Source: Mytilus edulis
Taxonomy: Eukaryota
DNA: 64,000 bases
Direction of reading: 5' to 3'
NCBI RefSeq assembly: GCF_963676685.1
Contig: NC_092349.1
Span: 31,558,001 to 31,622,000 of the forward strand
Of the stretch, positions 1 through 14,467 are shown in pieces. A program made the position numbers and the translations under genes. The stretch's first letter is position 1, and every line of letters begins with the position of its first letter. A model generated the notes under the pieces. The model saw only the letters and a list, made by a program, of their open reading frames with translations. It was not told the DNA's origin and made no database searches.

Positions 1-1429
1 TGCAGTTCTAACGTAAAACGTGCCCTTTTGTAAATTTCATGCCATAAATTGAAAAATAAAAACACATTTAAACTGGTCTTGTTTACACCAGAAATCAGGG
101 AGGTTCATGAAAGCAGGACGTATCCAACATTTTCTGTCTTGTGCCCAACCTGCTCGAAGTGAAGACAAAGTAGATTGATTTGATTTTCAAATCATGATTC
201 AGACCATTTTTACTCAGAGATTTTATCCCTTAAACAGGAACAGAGGTAAAAGACAAAGCCAATCAAGGTGCACTCAGTGGGTTGAAAGATTGTTCAGATT
301 TTTTATTTTCAAATAATCACCCTTGCACACAACACAAATCATGTGTGCCAATGCATGTTTGTTTTCCTTGATTCCGTATCATATAGACGCTTCAATACAA
401 AAATGCCTTGATTTAAAACGCTTATTGACTACAGCATCGGAAAGGTATGACAAAAAACCAACGCACGTTTACTACAGCATCAGATAGATATCACCAAAAC
501 CCAACATAGCAACAAAAAAAATTTTGGACAAGAATGGCCAATACAATTTTTCGAGTCGCGGCGATTTTACCGGGTCGGTGGTGGGAGGGGAAACAAACAA
601 TATTTTATTATTGGCCCTGTCCAAATCCCAACTTCTAAATCATATATATTCTGAACCGCCACATCAAGAAATCTAAAAGGCTTAATAGAATTTTCTTTTT
701 GTTTGGAATGACGTATGTTCATGCCACAACCCTTCGTATCATTCCTTTTTACATTTTTTGAAAACTGTGAACTTGATTTAGATTCATCAATCATACATAT
801 GAGTATTCTTATTTGTGATAAAATTTCATTTTTTTGTTTTGCGTTGTCTTTATTTGAGTTTATCTAGATATGAAGGGGTTACAGTAGTTTTGGGCTACGA
901 AGTCCACCTAGCTAATCATTTAAATATTCTTAATATAATGTTTTGCTGCTCACTTTCAATAATCTGTACATAAAAAAATGAAAACAACACGTTAAAAATT
1001 TCATGCTTCTACTCTGAAACTCTGAATTGTTAATTATATATATTCTACTATAATTAACAAACATAGATTTAATATCTTTACAAAATATTTCCATTTCTGT
1101 AGTGATACGCTGTTTTGCTTTCAAAGAAAGAAGTAAATTTTCATATCGTTAAAGGCAGATCAATTTTCCTTGACATTACAAATGACAGGGTACTCTAATA
1201 GACCTTGAGAGGTGATTGAAATCGAATTGAGCACATGGTCGCAAGATGATATCTTTTAAGTTCGAATTGTCTAATTCCAAAAATCTTCTCTAAACCTACA
1301 AGGTTATTTTTGAATATTTTATTGATTTATGAAAGTAACACCTTTCGTTTCATTTATTTGTTAGACGTTACCTAATACAGTGTAATTAACAGATTGTATA
1401 ATGCCATGTTATTTACATATTTTTTGTAG

Positions 1430-1557
1430 GCACGATATTGTACCAGAAAAATGCAGGTACAAGTTAACTCCATCTATCATAGAGATAACACTTCCCAAGA
1501 AAATTAGTAGAAGGTGGGGTGCTTTAATGGCATCACTAAATTCACCCCTTTCAAAAG
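1430..1557 (+). CDS. Isolated internal exon encoding the C-terminal part of a CS (p23-like) domain, resembling USP19 CS2
   Basis: ttttgtag acceptor (AG 1428-1429) and AAG|gtaaga donor. Translation HDIVPEKCRYKLTPSIIEITLPKKISRRWGALM fits the CS-domain pattern I.PE.C.(Y/F)....I.I.L.K....RWG.L. No further exons of such a gene were recognised in the window. Confidence 0.6.
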
Positions 1558-1722
1558 GTAAGAACTGGCATGCATTATCGTGAAAACATTGATTAAAGAC
1601 TTATAGCATACATTAAAATGATGCATGAAATAGTTGAGGTGCCAACAACATAAGCGACAGCGTTTACAATTTGTATACACAAAATGAAAGACCTGACAAC
1701 TCAATTTCTTATATACAGATAC

Positions 1723-2490
1723 TTTACGTCTGTTTACGGGACGTAATATTGTAAACCGTTGTTCGTCATTTCATCTGTCTGTCCCTTCGTCTGTCTGTCC
1801 GTCTGTCCGTTTGTCTGTCGTCGACATGTCGTACAATATCCAGATGTTTCAAAAACGCCTTTTCCAATTTGCATGAAACTGTAGTGAATTGTTTTTATCT
1901 ATAGACTTAAGCTCCTTTCCAAGTTTTATAAATTCTAGTTTTTACATTTCCAAGCGTCGTTTGTTTTGATAATTCAAAATGCAAACTTTTCAGACAAAAA
2001 CTTAAAACTGCTTTGAGCAGTTTTCATTAAAATATGGTGAATTGTTTATATCTATTGATATAAGCTTCTTTTGAAATTTTATAAATTTTAGTTTTTACGT
2101 ATTCGAGTTATGAGGTTTCATTTATAACAAAATGTGGATTTTCCAGTTTTTAGACAATACCTCCAACATGCTTTGAGCATTTTTAATGAAACTTTTGTGA
2201 ATTGTTTTTTTATCTATTGACGTGCACCTCCTTTCAATCTTTATAAATGTAAGATATAACATTTCGGAGTTACAATAAATGGGGTTTAATTAATAAAAAA
2301 GGGGGACTTCCCAGTTTTCGTACAATAACTCAAATGTGCTTTGAGCAGTTTCTTGAAATTTTGGTGACTGGTTTATATGTGTTAAAACTACATCCCTTAA
2401 GCTTTTTCTCAATGAATTTTTGAATTGACATTGAGGACTTGTGAAACTTTATTCTTTGAAAAAGCGACTGATGTACCAAGCAGCTCTTTG
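1723..2490 (+). mobile_element. Non-autonomous Helentron/HINE-like interspersed repeat (family 2)
   Basis: 5' end tttacgtctgtttacgggacgt, (GTCT/GTCC)n microsatellite, then degenerate internal tandem repeats. A related copy lies at ~10648-11270. Confidence 0.55.
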
Positions 2491-3054
2491 ATGACGTTTT
2501 CGTCTCTCCTATTGTGTTGTCGTTGTGCTACATGCTATATAATAATTCAGTGACAGCTTTTATTGTTGAATTAGTATATCCCAATGTGTATTAAATCAAC
2601 TAATTTAAATGAAACAGCGAGATATGATAAAAAAAAACAACCCCAGATATCAAAATTTGAGCCGTTAGGTGAAGAAAGTTTCCTTAGGAGAATATTTTTT
2701 TTTAACAAACTAATACCCATTCTGACCAGTTCATATCTGTTTATAACAGCTAATATCAACAGATACGATTGAGTTTGATATTCAAAATAGCCTTCGCTTC
2801 AAGGCGAAATTAAGAGTCAAAGGTACATTCTTGTGTATTTAGCCCATCGATGGTTAAATATGCCTAATAGAAGACAAAAAATAAACGAAGACTATGCTAG
2901 GTGTTAACAAGCATAATCCGAGCTATGACGGTATGGTAAATGTTGTTTAAAGACTATTTTAAGCCTAAAGATAGATCACAAATCTAAGAAATGCTACAAG
3001 CATTTTTTTGTTTTTTTGTTTTATCTAATATATCTAGGTTACTCGAGGAGAATT

Positions 3055-3218
3055 ATAGAATAACTAATCGCAGAATTAAAATAGAGAAAAATATTTAATG
3101 AGTGACCGAACAACACATTCATTTACGAATGCGCCTAGCGCATGAGTTAATTATCAGTGTTGTTCGGTCACGAGTTGAATATCTTTCGATATTTGAATTC
3201 TTTAATTAGTTATTCTTT
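3055..3218. repeat. Long imperfect inverted repeat (fold-back element)
   Basis: agaataactaat...gtgaccgaacaacac pairs with gtgttgttcggtcac...attagttattct. Confidence 0.6.
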
Positions 3219-3779
3219 TTAATTACATTGGCAAATGGCTTTTTAAAAGAAATTAATGTAAAACATGTAAGGAACTATATCTTTTTTTCTGATCCGCCGT
3301 TATCAACGTCTTGACAACGCCTATTGTTGTATGACGTCAGAGAGTGAAATAACCACGTTTATTTCACATGTGAAATTATCGGTTTTTATTTAACTGGGAA
3401 ATCAATGTAATTCATTGCAACCAATGTAATAACAACATATATTTATATTATGAATATAAAAAAGTACGCGATTATTCGAGTATCGCTCGGTAGTACCGAG
3501 TATCGAATTACAAAACAATACTCGACTAATCGGTTTCCTGTTAGAATATTGCTGACTTCTTAATATGCAATTGATCTTCTTCAAAACATTTTTCGGAAAA
3601 TTAAAAAGGCATCACTGACAAATCATACTAGTAAAATTTTTTTTTTGTTACGAATGCTATTCCTAGAAGGTCTCCGAAAATACGTGCGTTATACATACTA
3701 GGCTAATACTTCAAACTAAACATGTCAAATCCTTTCCATAAAAGTAAATGTTTTCGTTTGCAAGACTGTTATTTACAAT

Positions 3780-6610
3780 GTTGCAAAAGTGACTGTCCCC
3801 AATAATAGTTGACAAGAAAATAGCTACATCAAAGATTACTTCTATGCATCTACTGTCGATCCTCAGTGAATGTTTTAACTTCTTATTATTACTTCTTTAT
3901 GTTCTTTGTATACATAAAACGTGTTTTTATAACGATTGCCAAATAATTTTGTTTGATATGGTTTTCCGCTGTTACAATTATTACTTTTATCCAATTTCTG
4001 TATAAATTTGTCTGTCAGATTTTGTTCTACAAATTTAGAAATCCACAAGGCAGTAAACGTTCCATGTTGATTCCAAATATTTGACATTCCACAATTGTCT
4101 AGCTATTGTGATTTTTATAAAACACAGCCATTTTACTCTCTAAACCACAATTTTTCGAATCCATAAATAATAACTTATATTAAAGAGAGGAGAATTTCTC
4201 TTATTTTTCAAGTGATATGTTACACCGAAATTTTACCACATGAACTCTTGCATGAATTGAAATGGAGTATCTACTCAGCTCTACGTAAATGACAAAACTG
4301 AGGGACAAATTGATAAATGTAGCCAGACTTCAAAGCAAATGAAATCTTTTGAGAAACTCCAAGTTTTAAAAACCCAAAAGTTCACATTCATACAAGACTA
4401 TTGGTAAAAGGGTTTTGTCGGAAAATATATTACAGACATTCAATAAATGAAACTTTTTTTTCTACATTTTTGTAAACACCAATACATTTTTTGTAGCATT
4501 TTTCTTCTTATCCCAAGATATTTAATAACTATCTCGATTTCAAATTTTTCAATATAAAATTTCAAATTCCTTGACATTCCACCTTTTGAAAATATCAATA
4601 CTTTTGTTTTCAGCACATTTATTTTCATTTTTATTTGTTTACAATAATAAAAAAAAAGTCATTAAGCACCAATTGTAAGTTTTCACTTGATTATGTCACC
4701 ACAATTGTATTGTAAATCCGTTATCAAGATACATTTCATGTGAGAGAACAATTTATTTTGTTTAATCCTTTTATCAAAATTGACAGAACGAGTATTCATT
4801 TTTACAGATCTTGGTACACGAAAGACATAAGGTTAATCAATGATGTTCATGATATTGTAGATGACAATGGCGAATGTTTAACCAAATGAATAATATGAAG
4901 GTTACTTTTGTAGACATTCTATCAATTAAACTTGACCGGAAAGATTTGTTATTACTTCAACAAATGGCACCTAACAGCAACTCATTTGGATACGTTTTGG
5001 GCATGAGAATAAAAAATTGCCTATTAGTAAATTATTTGCTAAAAAAGTACATTTACATTTTATTGATTAGCTATAGTGAAGTGTTCCTCCGATTAAACGG
5101 CAAAGTTGCGTGGAAGATTTAATACAGAAGTTAGTGATGAAAAAATTGGAAATTATTTATTTACTGGCTTTTCAGTGTACTATAGAAGGAAACTACAAGT
5201 TTTACGAAATAAAATTGTATACGGAATAGTCTCTCATACTTATCTTCTTGAAAAATATCCGATTTTTTCTGGTGCCAAAATATGCCTATCCTTGCAAAAT
5301 GTTTTTGCGTATTCCGACTACATACTTAATCAGATAATTTCTTCAGGTCCCCTAGTGTGTCGGATAACTCAGTTTACACTGTATTTTGTTTTTGAGCAAA
5401 ATATCTTTGAATAAAGACAGTGTCATGTTTAGTGTTTTGAATTCCGCTAACTTACTTTTAAATTATTATATTTTACAGGCAAAGTATTACATTTATTATA
5501 TTAAGATCACATAACTAGACAAAATGTTTATATCTGTGCAAGCTTTCCTTAAATTTTGAAAAGAACTCTGGATATTTTAGAATATTTATATATTTCAAGA
5601 GACAAACACGAGTCATTAGTCGATGGATTGAGGGATTTATGAAATTTATTTAATTTATTTGGAATATGTTTGCATATCTAATGGTTTCTAACGCATTTCA
5701 GATGTATCATTTACTATGTATTAACATCGTAGACTTGTACCTTTTTACTATTTCCCATACGCATAATAACAATAATAGCAATGCTATTTGTCATTCGCTT
5801 ATCATGCTTATGTCTTGTAACAACCTATGTATGCACTGTAGTTTGAATACGGAAAAAAAATCAATAAAGAATTTAAAAAATTGTATTGTCAGCATAAAGT
5901 TTTAAATAATCATTTTCAAATTAACCATTTGTACATTTTCTATACCTTTACTACTAGTTTTTAAACTTAAGCATTTATAGTTTCGGTAAAGTCATGCAAG
6001 TCAATTAGAAAAAAGAAAGATAGAGATGTTCCCCTTGTCTAACTCGTATATTACAGGCAAAGACGCAGACTTTTCATTATTAAGTACTAGCATTGACTAT
6101 ACAACATTTCGTATCTGCATAGAATTTTTTTTTTAAATTCCAGTTTTTGTGGTCCTTAGAATCTTGAAAAATTAAGAGTTTCTATGTACAAAGTCAAAGG
6201 CTTTTTCAAAATCTACAAACGCACAGTACAAATGCAGTAAAGTGTTGTTTTTTTTCTTCATAAAAACCATAACTGATACAATATTTACAGGGGAAAATAT
6301 GTTCGTTGAAAGATTATCAAAACACTAGCTGTGAATATCTTCCCAATTAAAGATAGAAGTGTTACGGGTCCTATAATATATTGTTTCAATTTAACTCCTT
6401 TAATAAAATAGGTAAAATATTTCCAAAAAGCCACGACTCTGGAATGATACCTGTATCAAAAATCAAATTGAATAAAAAACCATAAATGTCAATCAAAGAG
6501 TTCTATAGAGATGACATGTATTATTTGATAATTAATCACCTGCAAGTTTGTCATTTTTGCTGATTTGTGTGATGATTTCATTGTCTTAGATACTTAATTT
6601 GCAGATGTGT
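3780..6610. pseudogene. Highly degraded non-LTR retrotransposon fragments (CR1/L2-like on -, L1/Tx1-like on +)
   Basis: Minus strand shows KINVLKTKVLIFSKG...KYLG (4440-4628) and LYCAFVDFEKAF (~6195-6232), both RT motifs. Many stops; boundaries approximate. Confidence 0.5.
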
Positions 6611-6644
6611 TTTCGTAAGTTGCACAACAAACCACGAGATGTAA

Positions 6645-6878
6645 GGGACGACATCAAAAGATCGATGTAGGATAAAAAACTTAAATCAAATAGTTTGGGG
6701 GTGGGGGGTCAACATTGCTGCAAGTTTTGTTAATCTAAAATCGATTTTACATATATCCCTATTGGTCAATCAATTTTTCCCAAATTAAGTTAAGAGGGGG
6801 GGTGTAGGGTGTGGGGGTCAGTGAAAAAACTATGTGAATTAAGTTTTTTATCCTTCATTGAACTTTTGATGTCGTCCC
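6645..6878. mobile_element. PIF/Harbinger-type (Tourist-like) MITE
   Basis: ~40-bp TIRs GGGACGACATCAAAAG..GGATAAAAAACTTAA; TAA on both flanks (6642-6644, 6879-6881). Confidence 0.8.
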
Positions 6879-7147
6879 TAAAGTGCGGAAGTTTTTCATG
6901 TTTTTCATATATTCCCAAGCTTGTACTGGAGTATCCCTCGATAAAACCAACGAGGACTCGATAACAATTGTTCACTGAGTTGATATCCCTAGTTAATATC
7001 ATGTTAAAACGACTACAATAATATCATTGTTGAAGGCCTTAACGTTATGTGTACCAATTGGTTGGCCGATTCAATGTCAATATTGAAATACAATACACTG
7101 CAGCAACACGTATAGCTGTATACAAGAAAGTTTCCATTTTATTTTAG

Positions 7148-8052
7148 GAAGGAACAATACGACTGAGTTATGTGGTCCATGTAGAGTTAATCATATGAGT
7201 ACAGATCCAATGTATTGGTGTTCATCTTGTGAAGAGGGGTTGTGTGAGAACTGTTATAAGTATCACAAATTAATAAAAACCTCACGAAATCATAATACTA
7301 TAGATTTCAGAAAGTTTTTGAACATGGAGTCCTTTCTTTCATCCATTTACACAGTTTGCAAAACTCACGAGAGTTCGCTTGAGATATATTGTCCAAACCA
7401 TGACGAGCCTTGCTGTTCAAATTGTGCTTCTGTGAAACATTCGGATTGCATTGGTTTGAAGTCTATACAAAATGTCGTGACAACATTTAGGAAGTCAGAT
7501 TATTTGAATGATATTAACGGGAGGTTTGAAGTTTTAGTGAACAATATTGACAAAATACGAGATAATCGTTTACGAAATAAGAAGGAAATTGTGGAACAAT
7601 CAGCTGAAAGTCGGTGCGATATAAAGAATATCAGAAAAGAAATCAATGCTCATCTTGACAGTTTGGAATGCTATTTAAGTATAAAGAGTGATGAAATTGT
7701 TGAAGCTGAGAAGGAAAACCTTGACAGTGTATTAAAAGAATTAGAAGAAGAAAAAATTAAGATGTGTGAACTTCGAAAAAATTTCTCAGAACTAAAAACA
7801 TTCGGATCTGACTTGCAAGTATATATGTCCAGCAGGAAAGTTGATGAAATAATGCAAGCAGCTGAAGAAAAAAATAAATCTTTAATAGGCTTGGAGCGTA
7901 TGTTCGATTCAAGTTTACAGTTTAAACTACAGCCAAATATAAAAGAAAAATTGTTCGATCTTGTAGATGTATTTCTGAAAAAAGAAAAGTGTTCCTTTAC
8001 CTTAGAATCATCTGACCTTAATTACAGATGTTTTCAAGTTGATAGGGCATAA
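7148..8052 (+). CDS. B-box/coiled-coil TRIM-like protein, truncated (no beta-propeller); possible pseudogene
   Basis: Acceptor attttag at 7147, then an in-frame CGPC..WCSSCEEGLCENC..H B-box1, C..H...IYCPNHDEPCC..C...H B-box2 and a coiled coil. Paralog of 53736-55411, but it stops at 285 aa where the paralog continues into propeller repeats. Confidence 0.75.
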
Positions 8053-8435
8053 GTCCAAGTTTCAAGCATTGTGACGAGGTGAGACGATACAAGAGACGAA
8101 CGACCAAGAGGACGACAGTAGCTGTAGCGGGGATTTATCTGTATCCATAAACAATGTTATAATTGTAGGAAAAGTCAAATAAAAAGAAATAGTATAAATG
8201 CCATCAAGACAACACTTCACCAGAGATAAAATGACATTGCAATTAACAATTATAGGTCAATATTCGGCCTTCATCAATGTGCAAAAACCCTACCACCTAG
8301 TCAGCTATAAAGGGCCAAAAATAAAACAAGCGTAAAATGTTATAAACGAGAGAGCGAACAGCCTGATATATGTACAAAACAATGAATGCATAACAAATAT
8401 GATAGGTAGCAACAAACGACAACCACTGAATAACA

Positions 8436-9735
8436 ACCTTTCCAATTGTAATACGAATATTAAGCGTATTTAAGAAAGACATTATGAAAAACAAATACAT
8501 TATATACACCGTATTTTTCGTTACGTGTAAATGCATTTGGAAAAACAATTACAAAATATCTTAAAAGAAATTTAGGATTCCCTTTTGACTCCCTTTCAAT
8601 ACAAGGGAACTTTTCGAATTGAATTAATGTTATATATAATCGATAATATATATTTGAAATTATAGGTTAAACATTAGAAAATAAATGACATTTCTGTGGG
8701 TAGATGAAAATCTCTATCCTAAATTCGTAAACTATTAGATCTTGACTTCGAATCATCAGAGTAAACAGTATGAAAGTGCTTTGATTTAACGTATTAAACA
8801 AGGAAGTATTATTATAGTGGATTTACCTGTTTTACTGTATCGTCAATTGACTCTTTTTACGTTTCCATGTTTCTGACATTACTGCTTACATGTACCTTGA
8901 CTCAATTTGGCACTACAGTATCAGGTTGCAGTTAAATATTTATATAAAGTAAAAGGAATATTTAACTTTCAGATTCAATATTCCTTAAAAGTTCCACTTA
9001 AATAAATTGTGTATGTGTATGTAAACAATATGTGAACACTGGTCGCATAATTGTAAAAAGAGCAAGCGAAGGAGTTATTTATTCCTGTTTTATTTATATT
9101 AAATGCGATTAGAAATTAAGCAATATCAAATCAGTCTTTTAAGCCACTGCTAATTTTTCAAGGGGAGGAGAAGGAGGAAAGTGGTTGCTATGATTTTTAC
9201 AAGAAAACCAAATGTTTGTTTAGCTTGAATTTAAACAATTTTACGTTAGAAGGTTTTGTTGAAAACTGTTTTTTTTTCTTTCTTATGTTAGAAAGCCAAA
9301 TTGTTTAAATATTTTGTAAATTTCAAACAGTAAAATTCGGGCAAAGTTTTGATTTTCATGGTTAATAAACAATTATAGCTTTGGCAATTTTTTGCAGGAA
9401 TTAAACGATATTTTTTTTTGGGGGGGGGGGGTGAAAGATCTGTTAACTAAACTGGCCAGAATTTCGTTTTCTCTAGTACTTTAAAACCATTTATATACAT
9501 TACAAATATTAGCATGACAATTAAAATTTAGATATGTTCACATTACAAATTTCAACAGTCATAGATATTCTAATGGGAACATGTCTTAAAAACACACTAT
9601 AATATATGCCTATAATAGTGTTTTTGGCGTCTTTTTAGGTACATAAAAATTGGTTATATTCGATATACCATTGAGATAAAGGCAATGGTGAATTTCAAGA
9701 AGATTTTTGCAGATGACAAATGGATGATGCATGAA
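8436..9735. repeat. Copy 1 of a triplicated non-coding segment (copies at ~16961-18720 and ~29684-31430)
   Basis: Colinear shared blocks acctttccaattgt, ggatttacctg, agcaagcgaaggag, atagctttggcaattttt, aaattggt. Confidence 0.75.
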
Positions 9736-10020
9736 CCTCTGCTAGGATTATGTTTGAGATTTTGCCATTTGATAAGAGACTTTCCGTTTTGAATTTTCCT
9801 TGGAGTTCAGTTTTTTTGTTATTTTTTTTTCATTTACTCATGTATTACTTGCTAGTTTTTCATTGCATTTTTACATTTTTCTTTTTTCTTTTTTTTTTAT
9901 CTTACCTGTTTCTTGAGGTAATATGGTTAAACTTTCTTGTTTTGTGTATGACAGATGGAAACTAAATAAAATCTTTGAATTTTGAAATAAGATAATGATT
10001 TATTTTGAATTAAAAAGTAG

Positions 10021-11640
10021 TTTTTGTCTTCCCTGCGAAGTATGCGTGACAAAGGTATTACTATTCGGCGTCAGAGGGGGAGAAAACTATTTGTATAAAG
10101 CTTTATACTTTAAAAATTTGAAGACCTGGTTGCTTCATACCTTTTCTGCAAATACCTTATGCAACGAAGTGTCTGTCAGTCATATGCCCATTGTCCATGA
10201 CCTCATTTCCATGGTTCAGTGACTGCTTGACAAATATACAGTTCTTTGTCATGTGAATTTCTCACTTACTATGAGTAATATGATAACTATAATTGGTATA
10301 TAGGTTTCTTGCAATTTCTACATGTCTGACCTCAACCTCAATTCATGGATCAGTGATCAGAGTTAAAGTTGCGCGATTAGATCTATTTCTCTGATACTAC
10401 AAGCAGCTCGTCAACTGTATGTGGTTATGGAATGATTTTAAGGGGGACATGTAAGACTGACAAGCTATCTGACCCTGACCTGACCTGACATGTTCATGGT
10501 TCATTGGAATTGTTATTTGTTTGTGTTTTGATCTGTAGTCAACAGGTCAATTATATTTCAATTTATATTGGTGTATGGAATGATCGAAAGGTGTACATGT
10601 CTGTCATGCTGGTGTGATCTGACCAAGACCTCATTTTAATGAGTAATGTTTATACGTCCGTTTACGGGCGTTATTACAGTAAACTGTTGTCCGTCCGATT
10701 CGCATGAAACTTTGGTGAATTGTTTTTATCTATTGATGTGAGCTCCCTATGTTTTTTATAAATTTAAAATTTTTAGTTTCCGAGTTTTTTTTGTTTTTTT
10801 TCCATTTAAACGGGGGATTTTCCAGTTTAGGGGCAATATTTCAAAAACTCTTTCACCAATTTGCAAGAAACTTTGGAGAATTGTTTAGATCTATTGACAA
10901 GAGTTCCCTTTTGGTTTTTTTTAAATTTTCGATTTTACGATTTAGAGTTATATTCATTAAAAAAGGGTGATTTTCCAGTTTTCAGCAGTTTTCATAACAT
11001 TTTTGTGAAATGTTTATATCTATTGACGTAAGTTCTCTTTCGATTTTACGTTCAGGTATTATGTGCTTTTATTCATAAAAGGGGGGATTTTCGAGTTTTC
11101 GCAATGCTCTGAGCAGTTCGTGATCACGAATCTTTGAAGACTGGTTAATATCTATTAAGATAACCTCCCTTTGGTTTTTCATAAATTTCTGATATGATAT
11201 AGAGAATTTATTAAACTTTATTCTTGAAAAATACGACGTGCGTATCATGCGCTCAATGCGCAGCTGTTTATTGTGTTTTGGTCTGTTTTCAAATACTAAT
11301 AGCAATAGGTTAACTATATTTCATGTATGGAATGATTTTAAGGTGTACATGTCTGTCTAGCCAGTAGCATGCGATCTTGACCTCATTTCCATTGTTCATT
11401 GGTTTTTATTACGTTTGTGTGTTTTGGTCTGTTTTGCAATTACCATAAGCAATGGGTCAACTATATTTGATGTTCAGAGTGATTGTAAGGAGTGCATGAC
11501 TATATAGCAGTTTTAATCTGACATTGGCCTCATGGTTATGGATCTTTAAATCAAAATGTTAAGTTAATATGATATTTGTAGACAAAATAAATCAATGGTG
11601 AGTAAGACAGGCGAGACATTTTAGCATATGAACTCTTTTT
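10021..11640 (+). mobile_element. Degenerate HINE family-1 copy with a nested family-2 element (~10648-11270)
   Basis: Shares gaagacctgg.tgcttcatac, gacctcattt.catggttca repeats and the 3' end gcgagacattt..actcttt with 18727-19812. Confidence 0.65.
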
Positions 11641-14467
11641 ATTATTTTAGGGTTTTATTTGATGGTCATTATATCTGCTATGTATGTAAGTCATAAACGT
11701 TTAAGTTGAAAAAAGCAAAATATTTTATGGAATAATTTTCCCATTGCGAGTTCTAGCGGGTGCACAGACTAGAAATCATAAACAGCAGTACATTTGAGGA
11801 AAGGCCAAGAATATTTGATTGTTAACTCTTCTGATTATATTCTTTGCCATTTTTGTGTCCCTTCTGATAAGAAAGTGGTGACTTGGGGCTGCTCCATTAT
11901 TATATAAACGATGATCATTAAAGGCACTTTTTAAGACCTCATCCACCAATTATAAAAAAAATTAATTTTACTTATAAATCTTACGTATCTAAGGATAATG
12001 GAATCACCTATACTTAATGAATCTAAATACCTCCTAAACCCAACCATAATCAATGTTGAAGCTATCTAACATTGTCTGTGTTTTAATGAAAAACTTCTAA
12101 GAAGCATTTGCAAACTAGTTCTAAATTATCAAAATAAAACAATATTCTTTAAAGATTATACTTAATCTCTTTTAAAAGCTAATACTGAATTAGTGATGTT
12201 TTTTTTCTTAGAGTATTTTGACGAAATTGAACAAAACTGATTACTTAAATAGTAAAATATTAATTTACATATGTTTTGTTATTGTTGTTTGGCAGTATGT
12301 TCTTTCTTCCGTATACAAATTTTAAACAATGAAAATTGCTGTCTGTTTTTATTGAACTTGTGATTTTCTCTCGGTATGTTTTGTTCAGAATATGAAGCTC
12401 TACAACTAATGGGATCAATTATCACACCCAACTCAAAACTTAATGTTAACAAGATCATTTGGACTGCTGTTCTAAGAAGACCTGATGTGAATATGAATCC
12501 ACTTTTGAGTTAATTTTTTTTTCAATGAGTTCCAACAACATTTGTCTTGTATAAATATACTGACCGACTTTAGAAACGCAACGCTAGATAATTCTTTTTA
12601 ATTCCTATTTTCAAATATGCAATTCTTGTTAAACAAATGTATTAACTAAATTTCATTCAATACTGCATTGTCTAAACAATAAATAAGGCCGGGTAAGACC
12701 CCTTTTTTGCCCTAAAATATAGCATTTTAAAAGAATATTAAAAAATGTAAACTTTTGACTATTTATTGGAAAGTAGACTTATGTTGCTACACACATGTTG
12801 GTTCTTTGATTGTACAGTACATTTGCATCAGGTACTATTATAATTTATGCAAAATTACTGAAATCTTCAACATTTTAGCATTTGTGTTAATTTGCAAACA
12901 TGTTTTGTCTAAATTCAAAGTGGCCGCAGTTGTGTTCAGACTTTATATTCAAATATATGTTGTATTGGATGATAATATAATACATAACGTATATAAAGGT
13001 TGAGATTGAACACGAATGCGACCACTTCTGAATTAGACAAACATAAACTAATGAATTCGACTAAGTAGACACTTAGTTGTTTAAAAAATGTCAAAAATCT
13101 TTCATCCGGTGTTCTTAAAATTTTAGGCCAAAATTAGCCATTACCGGACCCTCTCCTCTTCTTTGAAATATTAACTTGAAAGTTGAATTAATTACACTAT
13201 TTGCATGTTCAAATTATGTGGTATGCACTAAAACCATGATTATCCCTTATCAATAGATGTGTCACCAACGAAAACAATGACTGCATGTAAACAACTTCAA
13301 AATGATTCTGGAAAGGTCAATCAATTCTGTTTTGAGTTCCGTTCTGTACATTCTGATTTTTTCTTTGTCCGACCCATAACAGTGTGTTTTTGCAATTATG
13401 CAGTTTAACCTTTAGGTCTTAAAATGTTTTTGCATTGGATTCTTCGACATTTCAGTTGATGGGAAACATTTTAGCATGCATCTGTCTGCAATGGCATTTG
13501 GTGATTTTATAAGCAATTGACGCTGCGGCGGTAAACATGTCTTGCAAAAGACGTTGCGTAATCAATTTCTTTTGACGTGGCGTTATCTCATAATATTGAT
13601 CTTGTCATTGATGTTCATCAACTAATCCCGTATGCCTGTATCGTTGTTGGATGAACAGTGACGTCTAAATGTCTGGTAACAGCACGTTCACGTTTTCTCG
13701 TCTACAATTTTCTTATGGGCTGAATCAGATTTTCGCTACTCTGTCTCGGCAATACTGGGATGCATCATTTTTTTAACTTAGTAATGTGTTTGTATGGATT
13801 GAAAGAATTGTTTCACAAAGAAACGAAACTAAAAAAAATCATTTATGGGTTTCAAATGTCGATGTAAGAAATTCGTGCGACTTAGTAATAATAATCCGGT
13901 ATCTTCTATAACTTCAGGTAAGTCAGAAATTGATTTTTTTAAACAGAAAGAAGTATGGTAATCATAAATAGTATTTATTGAAGGAATTGTCATGATTTTG
14001 ATGTGGGTTTCGTTTTTGAAGTCCGTCAGTATATATGTACAGAAGAACCGTATTTATAAGGACTTAATCATGTCGAACGTATCACTATTTTGCTGTTCAC
14101 ATCTATATGTCCTTTGGAAAGTTAGTGATGCCTTCAACACATTAACCTGTTTATCGAATTGGTTATGCAGATATCCAGACAAAGACTATTAAGTGTCCTG
14201 GTTATAAATGAATATCAAGGAAGTCATTGCAACAACATTAGTGATGTCGAACAGTAATCAAGAAACATTGTTTCTTGTAATTGTTAGATATTTCCTAACA
14301 TTTTATTTGACAATACTTGAGCGAACAACTTAGAAGTTTGCTTTGATAAAATGTCTTTATGATAATTGAGATAACATCAATAACTTCTTTATTCAAGCAT
14401 GTCAAACAGATGCAAAGTTATATAATGTTCATTAACTTTCAGATCAAGAATTCTTTAGTTTTCGTTT

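Noticed and set aside
12685-13152. Possible MITE with weak terminal inverted similarity
   Set aside because: TIR match too degenerate and no clear TSD.
13200-14330. Coding-like composition suggesting a decayed gene or transposase (also ~52380-53000 and ~44040-44230)
   Set aside because: No motif I could identify with confidence; needs a translated homology search.
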